Origin: an uncultured Burkholderiales Genera incertae sedis bacterium
GTDB taxonomy: Bacteria; Pseudomonadota; Gammaproteobacteria; Burkholderiales; Eutrophovitaceae
Assembly (NCBI GenBank): GCA_905479505.1
Contig: CAJQMS010000050.1
Coordinates: 1-33,608 of the forward strand
Direction of reading: 5' to 3'
Length of the DNA stretch: 33,608 bases
The notes under the pieces were generated by a model that had not been told where the DNA came from, did not search any database, and saw only the letters and a program-made list of their open reading frames with translations. Positions 1 to 10,497 of the stretch are shown in pieces. Position numbers and translations under genes: made by a program. How positions within the stretch are numbered: position 1 is the stretch's first letter; each line of letters begins with the position of its first letter.

Positions 1-3000
1 CATTAGCAATCACGGTAATTGTCGGTTTTGCCCTCTTGATCAAGTCAGAGAATTCGGCTTGGCTTCGAACCTCATAACCGCCTAAGGATAGAGCTCTAGC
101 ACTCGTTGCAGCCAACATCTCGTTACTTAATCTATTTTGAACAGTTAAAGGGCCAAAGGGCTCCTCGCACGCACTTAAGAGCATCGAGTACTGGAGCGCC
201 GCACGAGATAATCCAGTCCAATTCTTCGCGGCAAACTTGAACTGATCTTTGTTCACTAACTGGAATAATCGTTGAATACCTTTTTTTGAAACAAGCTCCG
301 CCTCTGTCTCTGTATCAACTACGATTACCGAAACAGACTCTTCTTCATCTTTTATACATGGAAAACCTGGTACTGTTTTGCCCTTCAACGTCATTTCAAC
401 AACGCTCGGAAGATCACCGAAGTTCCAAGACTTGATTCCAGTTTGGGTTAATTCAGGAGCGGCGTGAAGTGTAAATACTTCCTTCGCTATTACCCCAAAT
501 TTTTGTTGCATGGCCGGCAAATCACGACTAGAACCCAACTCGTTTCCTAACTCATCTAACACCGTATAGTTCATTCTGAGATAGAGAGGAAAATCAGTTT
601 CATCAAATGCATCCCTCGTCATCTCGACACCGTAATGATGAGCAATAATGCTTATGACTTCGTCGTAAAGAGAGTTATCCCTCGGCTTTAAGTCGCCGAC
701 AACTTCATCAATAAATTGCGGCAAAGGGAAGACTTTCCTTCTTATCGATTTGGGTAGAGACTTGACAATTTGTGTAACTTTTTCGCGAATCAAACCAGGC
801 ACTAGCCATTCAACTCGAGAATGATCAATCTTGTTTACCATTTCGATAGGCGTCTTTAAAGTCACTCCATCAAGAATATGTCCGGGTTCAAAACGGTAAT
901 CAAGTTTAAACTCACAACCGTTCATCTCTATAAAGTCAGGATACAAGTCGAATGTTGAGGACTCAATCTCTTTTCTAATCAAAAGCGACTTACTTAAATA
1001 CAAATATCGTTGATTTTTCTTTTCTATGTTCTTACGCCATTTTTCGAATTCGACCCAACTCCATATCTGTTCGGGCACTTTTTCGTCAAAGAATGAATAA
1101 ACTACTGAGTCGTCAACAAGCAAGTCATATTTTCTAGATCTCGCCTCAACATTTTCCAAAGATTCAATTAACGACAGGTTATGCTTTAAAAAAGACGGAA
1201 AGGTTTTTACTTGACCTTCCACTAGCGCATTACGAATAAAAATTTCACGCGACTCTCTCGGATCGATAGGCCCGTAATTAATCTGCCGTCGTGGAATTAT
1301 CACTAAGCCGTACAACGTAACCCGCTCTGATGCCACTACATTGCCAGAAGATTTCGACCATCGCGGCTCTTGATAGGTCGATTGCGTCAAATGTTTAGCA
1401 AGCGGTTCGATCCAATCTGCACTAATCTCCGATACGCAACGAGCATATAAGCGTGAGGTCTCGACTAATTCTGAAGCTACGATCCATTTAGGTTTACTTC
1501 TTCTCAATTCGGAACCAGGATGTATGTAAAATTTAATACCCCGTGCACCAAAGTAAACACCATCGCCATCTCCTCGAAATCCGATATTTCCCAAAAGGCC
1601 AGTTAGCAGTGCCTGGTGAATATCTGAGTGGCGTCCAGCTTTTTGATTAACTTTAAAGCCCATATCGGCAGACATGGACTTGAGATGACGATATAGCTCA
1701 CGCCATTCAAACATTCTGACCAAAGATATATGTTGTTTTAGACAAATTTCCCGTAACTTTTTCTTTCCGGGTTTTTTATCGAACACATCCGAAAACCATG
1801 ACCATACCGACAGTAATGATACAAAGTCTGATTTCTCCTCGCTAACTTTAGCACTCACCCCCCTGTCGGAGGAATTAAAGTCCCTCTCTCTTGGGTCCTG
1901 CACAGATAACCCCGCTGCGAGCTTTAATATTTCGTCAAGACAACCAAATACATTACCCGCAAGAATCATTCGAGCCACTCTTGGGTCTACGGGAATTCGA
2001 GCAATTTTTTTTCCAACTGACGTTAGACGCCTTCTTTGATCCATTGCCCCCAATTCCTCTAGAAGTTGGTAACCGTCGGCGAGTGCACGAGACAATGGTG
2101 GGTCAATAAAAGGAAATTTTTCTGGCTCGTCTAGACCAAGAGTAGACATCCTCAATATCACAGATGCCAGGGATGAGCGGAGAATCTCCGGCTCTGTATG
2201 CGCGGGGCGTGAGTCATAATCCTCCTCTGAATAAAGCCTAACGCAAACGCCATTCATCACCCTACCGCTTCGCCCTGAACGTTGATTAGCGGAGGCCTGT
2301 GACACCTTTTCGACTTGAAGCATCTCAACTTTATTACGGTAACTATATCTCTTGACTCTTGCTAAGCCAGAATCTATGACGTACTGGATATTCGGAATGG
2401 TTAAGGACGTTTCAGCGATATTTGTAGACAAAATTACCCTTCTACCCTTTGTTGCCGTGAAAATCTTCCTTTGATCCTGGATGGACAGTCTTGAATATAG
2501 CGGCAAGACCTCCCAAGCTGAGCGCTTCTTTTTAGATAAAAAATCTTTACGAATCGAGTCAAGAGACTGGTTGATTTCCCGCTCACCAGGTAAAAAAATC
2601 AATACATCTCCGCCTCCACCTGAGACATCAATGTCCTCCATAACCCGACATATAACATCGTCGATATCCTCTAAATCATCCGATCCAGTTTTGTCCTTCG
2701 GCAATTGATACTTAATTTCAACCGGGTACAAGCGACCTGATACCTCGATGACTGGAGCTTGATTAAAGTGATTAGAAAACTTCTCGGCATCAATGGTCGC
2801 TGAAGTAATGATCAATTTAAGATCACGTCTTTTCTCTAATAAACTCTTTAAGTAACCGAAGAGGAAATCCACATTTAAATTTCGTTCATGGGCCTCATCA
2901 ATAATGATGGTGTCGTATTTATTTAAATAACGATCACTCTGCGTCTCAGACAGTAATATGCCATCGGTCATGACTTTGATAAGATTGTTGCTACTTGACT

Positions 3001-3490
3001 GATCTGAAAAGCGAACTTGATAACCAACCAAATCTCCGATTTCTGAGCCCATCTCTTTGGCTAGTCTATTCGCGACTGAACTAGCAGCGATCCTCCTTGG
3101 CTGCGTATGTGCGATCTGACCGCGTACGCCCCTACCGATTTCCAACAACATTTTAGGTAATTGTGTAGTTTTGCCAGATCCAGTTTCCCCACACAAGATC
3201 GTGACTTGATTTTCTTTTATTAGATTTTTTATTTCATTTTGCTTTTCGACTACTGGAAGAGACTCTGGAAAAGAAATAGTAGGGATTTTTCCCTTCCTCT
3301 CAGACACTAATTCCATCGAGCCTTTTATTTTTAACCGTAAGCGTTTAAGTTGTTCTAAGCCATTCTGCTTATCGTTTGTTTTTAGGTCCAAACGATCAAA
3401 TTGTCTACGAAAAGCGTGTTGATCTCGAATCAGACACGAGTCGATCAAATCATTAATTTCTTTTCGGTTATTTTTAAGCTGGTTGCTCAT
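1..3490 (-). CDS. hrpA: ATP-dependent RNA helicase HrpA (DEAH-box), C-terminus truncated by the window edge
   Basis: I translated the minus strand by hand from the ATG (complement of 3488-3490). The frame stays open to position 2; I checked it codon by codon at 3490-3121, 2940-2881, 2290-2221, 1921-1861 and 61-2. The product starts MSNQLKNNRKEINDLIDSCLIRDQHAFRRQFDRL. It carries helicase motifs GETGSGKTTQLP (Walker A), IIDEAHER (DEAH) and QRSGRSGR (motif VI), and is collinear with E. coli HrpA as I recall it. No stop codon is reached, so roughly 100-150 C-terminal residues lie beyond position 1. This ORF is absent from the supplied ORF track. Confidence 0.9.
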   Translation of the reverse strand, partial: MSNQLKNNRKEINDLIDSCLIRDQHAFRRQFDRLDLKTNDKQNGLEQLKRLRLKIKGSMELVSERKGKIPTISFPESLPVVEKQNEIKNLIKENQVTILCGETGSGKTTQLPKMLLEIGRGVRGQIAHTQPRRIAASSVANRLAKEMGSEIGDLVGYQVRFSDQSSSNNLIKVMTDGILLSETQSDRYLNKYDTIIIDEAHERNLNVDFLFGYLKSLLEKRRDLKLIITSATIDAEKFSNHFNQAPVIEVSGRLYPVEIKYQLPKDKTGSDDLEDIDDVICRVMEDIDVSGGGGDVLIFLPGEREINQSLDSIRKDFLSKKKRSAWEVLPLYSRLSIQDQRKIFTATKGRRVILSTNIAETSLTIPNIQYVIDSGLARVKRYSYRNKVEMLQVEKVSQASANQRSGRSGRVMNGVCVRLYSEEDYDSRPAHTEPEILRSSLASVILRMSTLGLDEPEKFPFIDPPLSRALADGYQLLEELGAMDQRRRLTSVGKKIARIPVDPRVARMILAGNVFGCLDEILKLAAGLSVQDPRERDFNSSDRGVSAKVSEEKSDFVSLLSVWSWFSDVFDKKPGKKKLREICLKQHISLVRMFEWRELYRHLKSMSADMGFKVNQKAGRHSDIHQALLTGLLGNIGFRGDGDGVYFGARGIKFYIHPGSELRRSKPKWIVASELVETSRLYARCVSEISADWIEPLAKHLTQSTYQEPRWSKSSGNVVASERVTLYGLVIIPRRQINYGPIDPRESREIFIRNALVEGQVKTFPSFLKHNLSLIESLENVEARSRKYDLLVDDSVVYSFFDEKVPEQIWSWVEFEKWRKNIEKKNQRYLYLSKSLLIRKEIESSTFDLYPDFIEMNGCEFKLDYRFEPGHILDGVTLKTPIEMVNKIDHSRVEWLVPGLIREKVTQIVKSLPKSIRRKVFPLPQFIDEVVGDLKPRDNSLYDEVISIIAHHYGVEMTRDAFDETDFPLYLRMNYTVLDELGNELGSSRDLPAMQQKFGVIAKEVFTLHAAPELTQTGIKSWNFGDLPSVVEMTLKGKTVPGFPCIKDEEESVSVIVVDTETEAELVSKKGIQRLFQLVNKDQFKFAAKNWTGLSRAALQYSMLLSACEEPFGPLTVQNRLSNEMLAATSARALSLGGYEVRSQAEFSDLIKRAKPTITVIAN

Positions 3491-3571
3491 TGAAAAATTA
3501 AAGCGGCCCTTTAACGACAAATTTTTTCATTAGTCGTGCGGCATCAGGATAAAACTCAGTTTAATAATACG

Positions 3572-4891
3572 TCAACTACTAAGCCCTTTGAATGGCGAAG
3601 AACGCTCGCACCATGCAGCAGTCGCTAGGAGATAGTTGTCCTCATCCACTGCGCTAATTACTTGTAAACCCAACGGCAACCCTCTGGGACCAATGCCAGT
3701 TGGAATAGTAATGGCTGGCGCGCCAACTAATGTCCATATTGAACAAAAACTAGGGTCACCCGTTACATGAAGCGAGTTGGGCGCCTCCCCAGTTGCGGGT
3801 AACGTGATGATTGCCGAGTAGCCTCTATCCATAAAAGAAGCGAAACTATTTTGTAAGGCGTTTTTCTTTTTTACAGCGTCCCTAAACTGCGTTTCAGTGA
3901 CGCGATCCCCTTCTTCCAATGCATGAATAAGAAAATCCGAAAAATAACCTCGAAATTCCTGCCTAACCGCACGAGATACACGAGCAGCCTCATACAGCAT
4001 AATCGTTCGGTGTACTTTGTGCGCACGATCAAAGTCACCAGGTAGTTCAATGATATCTATCGATGCGCCAGCGCCTCTTAACCTTACGATATCCGATTCA
4101 AACTGAGCTCTCGCCTCAGGCGCAGCAAGATACCAAGAAGGGGAGCGCACGGCAGCTAATCGAGGTGCGTTTTTTAATGGCGCTGCATTCGGAGATATTC
4201 CCGAGCGCGGGCCTGCAAAGCTTGAGGCTAACAACGCGGAATCTGCTACGCTTCTCGCAAACACACCTGGCTGATCAAACATTGGGGAAAATGGCATAAT
4301 TCCGTCCAAACCGATCAGTCCTCGCGTCATTTTATAACCGACGATTCCGCAATAAGCCGCTGGTCGTATTACTGAGCCATTCGTTTGCGTGCCGATCGCC
4401 CCGGGGACGAAACCTGCCGCCACTGCCGCTGCGGAGCCACTAGAAGACCCTCCTGGAGTGTGCCTGAGGTTCCATGGATTACGCGTCTTTGAGGGCACCA
4501 TAAAGGCCGCCTCGGTCGTGACCGTTTTTCCAAAGACAAAGGCACCTGACTTCTCAATCCGAGTCACAATGTCTGCGGATTTTGCTGGTATATAATTTTG
4601 ATACAAACAACTACCCATTTCAGTAGGAATACCAGCGGTAAAGATATTATCCTTGACGCCAATTGGGATGCCGTAAAGTGGATGAGCTGCCCGCAAGGCG
4701 GCCGCCGAGGAATCAGCCTTTTTCGCAATCGCTAATGCTCGATCTCGATCTAACCATTGCCATGCCTGAACACTGCCCTCCAAATTGTTGATACGTTCCA
4801 ACAAATTTGAAATATAAACAGACGGCTTCAGCTTACCCTTGCGCAGCCTTTGTGCTACCTCATGCAAACCTAATTTAAAATATTGATTCAT
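3572..4891 (-). CDS. Amidase-signature family amidase (GatA-like fold, substrate unknown)
   Basis: 439-aa ORF with an ATG start. It has the amidase-signature Gly/Ser-rich motif GGSSSGSAAAVAAG and the conserved Lys context GVKDNI. It lies 42 nt downstream of the dehydrogenase gene on the same strand. Confidence 0.85.
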   Translation of the reverse strand: MNQYFKLGLHEVAQRLRKGKLKPSVYISNLLERINNLEGSVQAWQWLDRDRALAIAKKADSSAAALRAAHPLYGIPIGVKDNIFTAGIPTEMGSCLYQNYIPAKSADIVTRIEKSGAFVFGKTVTTEAAFMVPSKTRNPWNLRHTPGGSSSGSAAAVAAGFVPGAIGTQTNGSVIRPAAYCGIVGYKMTRGLIGLDGIMPFSPMFDQPGVFARSVADSALLASSFAGPRSGISPNAAPLKNAPRLAAVRSPSWYLAAPEARAQFESDIVRLRGAGASIDIIELPGDFDRAHKVHRTIMLYEAARVSRAVRQEFRGYFSDFLIHALEEGDRVTETQFRDAVKKKNALQNSFASFMDRGYSAIITLPATGEAPNSLHVTGDPSFCSIWTLVGAPAITIPTGIGPRGLPLGLQVISAVDEDNYLLATAAWCERSSPFKGLSS

Positions 4892-4933
4892 ATTAAAGGG
4901 AAAACCTTTGTATATTTTTTTATGTTTGTAATG

Positions 4934-5899
4934 TTAACTTCGATTAACTGGATTAAGCGGCGCTTGATTATGAGACAAAACGCTCACTAGATTATTTGCA
5001 GCAGTCATCGCCATCGCTCTCCGTGTCGACACTGACCCACTACCGATATGGGGCGATAGAACCACATTTTCAAGTTCCAAAAATTCAGGATTTAATTTTG
5101 GCTCTCCCTCATAAACATCCAGCCCAGCAGCAAACAAAGTCTGATTTTTAAGGGCGTTTATCAACGCCTTATCGTCTACGATACCACCTCTCGCGATGTT
5201 AACCAAAACTGAGTGCTTTTTCATCTGAGAAAGCTGGTTTTCACCGATCATATGGTGCGTCTCTTTGGAATACGGCAAAATTAGCATGACCACATCTGAA
5301 CTTTGAAGTAACTTGTCTTTGCTAACGTAACTGGCATTAAGACTCGCCTCAGTTGCGGGGTCAACAGGTGATCGCGCATGATATAACACGCGCATGCCAA
5401 ATCCATTTGCACGCTTTGCAATTTCTTGACCAATCCGACCAAAACCAAGTAAACCAAGCGTTCCACCATACACATCCACCCCAAGTAGTTGTTTGAAACG
5501 CATACCTTTCCATTGGCCAGATCGCACATAACGTTCACCCTCTCCAATCCTCCTACACGCAGAAATCATGAGTCCTATTGCGTAGTCAGCAACGGTCGCA
5601 TCAAGGACGCCAGGTGTATTGGTAACGATCACACCTCTACGTGAGCACGCCTCGAGATCAACATTGTTGTACCCAACAGCTGTGTTAGCAATAACCTTAA
5701 CGAGTGGCGCAGCATCTAAAAACTCATCGTCCACTCTGTCGCTGGTCGCTGTTTGAATACCTTCAGCGTCCGAAATAAGGTCGAATAACTCATCCCTTTT
5801 AAATATGAGGTCCTGTTGATTAGCAACAATATCGAAATGCGTGGACAACAGCTCTATCGTTTCACTAAAAACTTCACGAGTAATAACTACTTTTTTCAT
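4934..5899 (-). CDS. D-isomer-specific 2-hydroxyacid dehydrogenase (glyoxylate/hydroxypyruvate reductase-like)
   Basis: The ORF has the NAD-binding motif GLLGFGRIGQEIA and the family C-terminal context NIARGG...SPHIGS. The track begins at a TTG (5944). I place the start at the ATG at 5899 (MKKVVITREV), which matches the usual N-terminus of this family. Confidence 0.85.
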   Translation of the reverse strand: MKKVVITREVFSETIELLSTHFDIVANQQDLIFKRDELFDLISDAEGIQTATSDRVDDEFLDAAPLVKVIANTAVGYNNVDLEACSRRGVIVTNTPGVLDATVADYAIGLMISACRRIGEGERYVRSGQWKGMRFKQLLGVDVYGGTLGLLGFGRIGQEIAKRANGFGMRVLYHARSPVDPATEASLNASYVSKDKLLQSSDVVMLILPYSKETHHMIGENQLSQMKKHSVLVNIARGGIVDDKALINALKNQTLFAAGLDVYEGEPKLNPEFLELENVVLSPHIGSGSVSTRRAMAMTAANNLVSVLSHNQAPLNPVNRS

Positions 5900-6126
5900 C
5901 TTAATAGGCCCAGTTGGTATTTTTGAAAACTCTTTCAATCGCAATAGTCCCTCGTAGGAAATACCAATAACAGGAAAAATTCAGCAATCGATGCTACATC
6001 GTCACTAGCCCATTTAAAAAAGAGTTGTGATTTTTGAACATGTTAAAATCGAGCACAGTTTAATACATACGGCTGCATCCGGAAACCGACAGCTTCGCGG
6101 ATAGTCTTCATAAAGGGGGTAACACT

Positions 6127-7731
6127 GTGACATCACCAAACGTAAGTCGCTCGGTTTACTTAACAAATTTCCTTCAAGGAACGCCAAACTGGTACAAAGC
6201 GGCAATAATCGCCTTTTTGATTATCAATCCCATCTTGTTCCACACAGTAGGTCCATTCGTCACCGGCTGGGTTCTAATCTTGGAGTTTATTTTCACCCTT
6301 GCAATGGCTCTCAAAGCGTATCCACTCGCACCAGGCGGTCTTCTTGCAATTGAAGCTGTTGCAATCGGAATGACATCTCCTGCCACCGTCTACCATGAGA
6401 TTGTGCTGAATTTTCCAGTAATATTGCTTCTAATGTTCATGGTTGCGGGCATTTATTTTATGAAAGGCCTGCTGCTTTTTCTCTTCACCAAGGTGCTCAT
6501 TAACGTTCGCTCTAAAATTGTTTTATCTTTGCTATTCTCGCTCATGGCAGCATTCTTATCAGCGTTTCTCGATGCGTTGACAGTGACAGCAGTCATTATC
6601 GCGGTAGCAGTCGGTTTTTACGGAATTTATCACAAAGTTGCGTCAGGTAAGACCATCAACGACACAGTGGATATCGCGGACGACCAAAACATTCAAGAGA
6701 TTCACCGGGACAAACTGGATCAATTTAAATCCTTTCTCAGGAGTCTCATGATGCATGGCGCCGTGGGGACGGCCCTTGGAGGAGTTTGCACTCTTGTAGG
6801 TGAGCCGCAAAATCTTCTTATCGCAGAGAGAGCTAATTGGGAATTTATCGAATTCTTTATCCGAATGTCGCCGGTAACAATGCCTGTTTTAGTTATCGGT
6901 TTAATGACATGCGCTTTTGTCGAAAAATTCAAAATTCTCGGCTACGGAGCGAAAATCCCAAGTGAAGTTTTAGACGTTCTTATCGACTTCGATAAACAAG
7001 AGGAAGCTAAAAGAACCCCTCAAGATAAAGCGAAATTAACAATACAAGCGATTGCTGGTGTGTGGCTCATGATCGCTCTAGGTATGCACTTAGCTGAAGT
7101 GGGGGTCATTGGATTATCTGTGATTATTTTCATCACGGCGTTTAATGGCGTAATAAAAGAACATGATATCGGTTATGCCTTTACCGAAGCGCTACCCTTC
7201 ACCGCTTTATTGGTTGTTTTTTTCGCGATTGTTGCAGTGATTCAAGATCAAAATCTATTCGCCGGAATCATTCACTATGGTCTCGCTCTCGAAGGTGTTG
7301 AGCAGATCGGGTTATTTTATGTTGCTAACGGCGTACTATCCGCGATAAGCGATAATGTTTTTGTAGCCACCGTTTACATTAACGAGCTTGCCAAGGCGTT
7401 AGCTGAAGGCATAATTTCCAGAGATCAGTTCGACCTTCTGGCCGTTGCTGTGAACACCGGCACCAATATTCCGAGTGTCGCAACACCGAATGGTCAAGCT
7501 GCCTTCTTATTCCTGTTGACGTCTGCAATCGCTCCGTTGATACAGCTATCGTATGGGAGGATGGTGTTAATGGCCCTACCCTATACGATAACAATGGCGA
7601 TTACAGGGTTTCTAACAGTGACTATGTGGCTACCGGCAATGACGGAGACGCTATACGAGCGCGGCTTGATCAATCATCATGAAGCCTCCGAGATAGGTGG
7701 GCATGGGGATAACGCTACAAGTCATCATTAA
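6127..7731 (+). CDS. nhaB: Na+/H+ antiporter NhaB
   Basis: 534-aa polytopic membrane protein. The N-terminal region ([24 protein letters not shown]...[31 protein letters not shown]) closely matches E. coli NhaB as I recall it. It uses a GTG start, preceded by AGGGGG 7 nt upstream. Confidence 0.9.
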   Translation: MTSPNVSRSVYLTNFLQGTPNWYKAAIIAFLIINPILFHTVGPFVTGWVLILEFIFTLAMALKAYPLAPGGLLAIEAVAIGMTSPATVYHEIVLNFPVILLLMFMVAGIYFMKGLLLFLFTKVLINVRSKIVLSLLFSLMAAFLSAFLDALTVTAVIIAVAVGFYGIYHKVASGKTINDTVDIADDQNIQEIHRDKLDQFKSFLRSLMMHGAVGTALGGVCTLVGEPQNLLIAERANWEFIEFFIRMSPVTMPVLVIGLMTCAFVEKFKILGYGAKIPSEVLDVLIDFDKQEEAKRTPQDKAKLTIQAIAGVWLMIALGMHLAEVGVIGLSVIIFITAFNGVIKEHDIGYAFTEALPFTALLVVFFAIVAVIQDQNLFAGIIHYGLALEGVEQIGLFYVANGVLSAISDNVFVATVYINELAKALAEGIISRDQFDLLAVAVNTGTNIPSVATPNGQAAFLFLLTSAIAPLIQLSYGRMVLMALPYTITMAITGFLTVTMWLPAMTETLYERGLINHHEASEIGGHGDNATSHH

Positions 7732-7748
7732 ACTGTAAACTATTCGGG

Positions 7749-7787
7749 TCCATGTTCTCCAACTGCCTGGAGTCATGGATTTCTTTG
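7749..7787 (+). terminator. Rho-independent terminator downstream of nhaB
   Basis: Two-part hairpin: TCCATG(7749-54)/CATGGA(7774-79) and CTCCA(7757-61)/TGGAG(7768-72), with a 6-nt loop. It is followed by TTTCTTTG (7780-87) and sits 18 nt after the nhaB stop codon. Confidence 0.5.
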
Positions 7788-7807
7788 ATACGCGCCTTAG
7801 CCAGTGT

Positions 7808-8380
7808 CTAATGCGAAGTTCTACTTTTTCGTCTTCGGCGCCATTCAATATTTACGATTATCCTCCAAACACCTAACACAAGAGCGTACGATGATATAGC
7901 ACCAAAGATCGCTAGCGAGAGTAATCCAACCGCGACATTTTTCCCAACGGACATAAACCTATCAAGCCATCCTACAACCATGTCTCCAGCTTGATACGCA
8001 GCATCAGTGATGATATTCGGAGTGTCTGGCTCTAACAAATCGAAAATAAATGATCCTATTTCATTTGCTAGCAAATAAATCGGAGCGAACGTTAATGGAT
8101 TAGTGATCATTGTGGAAACAACGGCTGCAACCAGATGCCCTCTAAACCATACAGCAAAAATTGCGGCGAATGGTATCTGAAGAAGAGGAACTAGAAAACC
8201 GAAAAATATACCAATCGCCACACCTGTAGCAACCCCTTTTCGATTAAGCTGCCATAGCCTAGGGTGGTAAAGAGCAGGGCCGATCCATCCAACCCATTTA
8301 TTATTTCTGACAGTCTCGGTTGACGGCAAAAATCGTCTTAACTTGGATCGCCATCCACCACGGAATTTCTTATTCTTCAT
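7808..8380 (-). CDS. DUF2062 domain-containing membrane protein
   Basis: 190-aa ORF with an ATG start. It has a basic N-terminus (KFRGGWRSKLRRFLP) followed by hydrophobic helices and the HPRLW...GVAIGIFFGF.P pattern typical of DUF2062. It is 39 nt downstream of lutC on the same strand. Confidence 0.7.
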   Translation of the reverse strand: MKNKKFRGGWRSKLRRFLPSTETVRNNKWVGWIGPALYHPRLWQLNRKGVATGVAIGIFFGFLVPLLQIPFAAIFAVWFRGHLVAAVVSTMITNPLTFAPIYLLANEIGSFIFDLLEPDTPNIITDAAYQAGDMVVGWLDRFMSVGKNVAVGLLSLAIFGAISSYALVLGVWRIIVNIEWRRRRKSRTSH

Positions 8381-8419
8381 CCGTAAAAATTAATCATAAG
8401 TTAAATTGATAACGATCCA

Positions 8420-9064
8420 TTACTCAGTAATGATCACATGAACTCGATATGGACCATGAGCACCGTACACAAGTGTCATTTCGATGTCAGCCGTTCTGGA
8501 AGGGCCAGAGATAAAATTCACCTGCCTTGGCACCGATTCTGTCTCGTTTCTTATGAGTTCCCACGCCTCCTCCATCGTTCGAAGTATGCGGGATCTAGAA
8601 ACAACAGCAATATGTGTCTCAGGGAGCAGGCTAGTTGTTGCATGCTGATCTTCACCAGACAACATAACCAATGTGCCAGTTTCTGCAATAGCACAATAAC
8701 TTCCAGTTAAGCCTACCTTATCTTCACCAACAGCACTACGCCCCTCCATCTGAAGATTCTCATCTGACCAATTTAAATCCGCAAACTCCGGCCAGCACAC
8801 TATTTTTTTCGGTAAATCATTCTCATTAAGGTATCGGTTCACCGCCTTGGGTAAATGGTCAAGCGAATCAATTTGATCGAGCGAAGAAGCCAATTCGTGA
8901 CAACGTAATTTAAAGTGGTTCTCATTTTCCCAATCTAACGTTGGAAGCGGACTGGAAGGATGCGCCTTGATACGATCAACTGCTGTGCCACCAATCACAT
9001 CCGGATTTTTAGCAACCTTATTTGCCGACCTTATACGAGCTAAGATATTCTCTCTAGCAGACAT
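8420..9064 (-). CDS. lutC: Lactate utilization protein C (LUD domain, YkgG/LutC)
   Basis: 214-aa ORF whose start lies 8 nt after the lutB stop. Size and position match the third gene of the ykgEFG/lutABC operon, and the sequence is LUD-domain-like. Confidence 0.8.
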   Translation of the reverse strand: MSARENILARIRSANKVAKNPDVIGGTAVDRIKAHPSSPLPTLDWENENHFKLRCHELASSLDQIDSLDHLPKAVNRYLNENDLPKKIVCWPEFADLNWSDENLQMEGRSAVGEDKVGLTGSYCAIAETGTLVMLSGEDQHATTSLLPETHIAVVSRSRILRTMEEAWELIRNETESVPRQVNFISGPSRTADIEMTLVYGAHGPYRVHVIITE

Positions 9065-9072
9065 AATAATAT

Positions 9073-10485
9073 TTATCGCTTATTCATTTTATTTAAATAG
9101 ATATCCCGAAAAGTTCTTCCACTTGGAGCAGGCATATCTCGATTTTTTGTCCAATCTTGTCCAACGATAATCATACGACGAATACGCCGTGAGTCTCCAC
9201 CCAGTATGCGACCGATGCGAGCCATGACTCGTGTCACAATCGAGTAAATTTTTGGACGAAGTGCAAGATATGCCCAAAGTCTCAATGACCAATGTTCCAT
9301 ATTTGACTTCAATTTTTTTTCAAATTGCTTTTCTCTAAGCTTTCTCATCAAGTCAGGCAAAGGGATTTTAACCGGGCACACCACACCACATTGGTTACAC
9401 ATAGTTGCTGCATTGGGCAAATCAATTGCATTTTCGATGCCGTTATATGCAGGCGTCAATACGGAGCCAATCGGCCCAGGATATACCCATCCATATGCGT
9501 GCCCACCAACGTTTTGGTAAACCGGACAATGATTCATACACGCACCACACCGGATACAACGTAGAGCATCTCTTAGTTCGGAGCCTAAAACCCGAGTGCG
9601 GCCTACATCCAAAATAATAACGTGAAATTTCTCTGGACCATCCTTGTCTCCTGCTCTTTTTGGGCCCGTGGTCATTGACACATAGTTACTAATAACCTGC
9701 CCTGTAGCCGATCTTGGCAAAAGACGCATCATTAACGCAAAATCGTCCAGTGTTGGTAGGCATTTTTCTATGCTACTAATTGCGACGTGAACTCGCGGCA
9801 TAGTTGTTGTCATTCGCCCATTTCCTTCATTCGTGACAATTACTGTTGACCCTGTCTCAGCGATCATGAAATTTGCGCCGGTGATACCCATATCAGCATC
9901 CAAAAAATGGGGACGCAATATTTCTCTAGCCTCATGCGTTAATTTTTCCGCGTCATCTAAGCGTGGGCGCTTATGCTTTTCAGCAAACAATTCAGATACG
10001 TCATCCTTAGATTTATGTGTCGCGGGAGCGATAATATGCGAAGGGTGCTCTCCGGCCTGTTGAATAATATACTCACCGAGATCTGTTTCCTTAACTTCGA
10101 TTCCATGGCCCTCAACGTATTGATTAAGACCAGTCTCTTCACCAACCATTGACTTCGATTTGATTATTTTCTTTACCTGATTGTCTTGAGCGATTTGCAC
10201 CACGATGGAATTAAGTTCTTCGTATGACTCGGCCCAATGCACAACCGTACCTGCCTCTTGCGCTCGCCGCTCCCACTCCTCTAAATATGAATCCAAATGC
10301 GCTAAACAATGATCCCTGACGTCAGATGCGGCTTGACGTATTTCCTCAAAATTATCTAACTCTTTAACCACTTTCGCTCGAGATACAACAAACCCGCCTT
10401 TTGCTTGTTTAAGCGCCTTCTGTAATTTTGCATCTTTGAGCTTTGAACTCGATACGGCTTTAAATTGTTGCGATGTAATTTCCAT
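9073..10485 (-). CDS. lutB: Lactate utilization iron-sulfur protein LutB (YkgF)
   Basis: 470-aa ORF with a 4Fe-4S ferredoxin motif CIRCGACMNHCPVY and a second Cys cluster CNQCGVVCPV. Its start lies 12 nt after the lutA stop. Confidence 0.85.
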   Translation of the reverse strand: MEITSQQFKAVSSSKLKDAKLQKALKQAKGGFVVSRAKVVKELDNFEEIRQAASDVRDHCLAHLDSYLEEWERRAQEAGTVVHWAESYEELNSIVVQIAQDNQVKKIIKSKSMVGEETGLNQYVEGHGIEVKETDLGEYIIQQAGEHPSHIIAPATHKSKDDVSELFAEKHKRPRLDDAEKLTHEAREILRPHFLDADMGITGANFMIAETGSTVIVTNEGNGRMTTTMPRVHVAISSIEKCLPTLDDFALMMRLLPRSATGQVISNYVSMTTGPKRAGDKDGPEKFHVIILDVGRTRVLGSELRDALRCIRCGACMNHCPVYQNVGGHAYGWVYPGPIGSVLTPAYNGIENAIDLPNAATMCNQCGVVCPVKIPLPDLMRKLREKQFEKKLKSNMEHWSLRLWAYLALRPKIYSIVTRVMARIGRILGGDSRRIRRMIIVGQDWTKNRDMPAPSGRTFRDIYLNKMNKR

Positions 10486-10497
10486 AATTTTTACGTC

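Noticed and set aside
1891-2708. Two plus-strand ORFs from the track (1891-2109, 72 aa; 2481-2708, 75 aa). They are the only ORFs listed in the first 3.5 kb.
   Set aside because: Both lie antisense inside the continuous hrpA reading frame. Their products are low-complexity and have no recognisable motifs. I treat them as chance ORFs.
5900-5944. N-terminal extensions in the ORF track that begin at upstream TTG codons: dehydrogenase 5944, IclR 11379, fmdB 18880, MFS 25701 and secY 33090.
   Set aside because: In each case an internal ATG (a TTG with a Shine-Dalgarno sequence for secY) matches the conserved family N-terminus. The extensions add non-conserved residues and use up promoter space.
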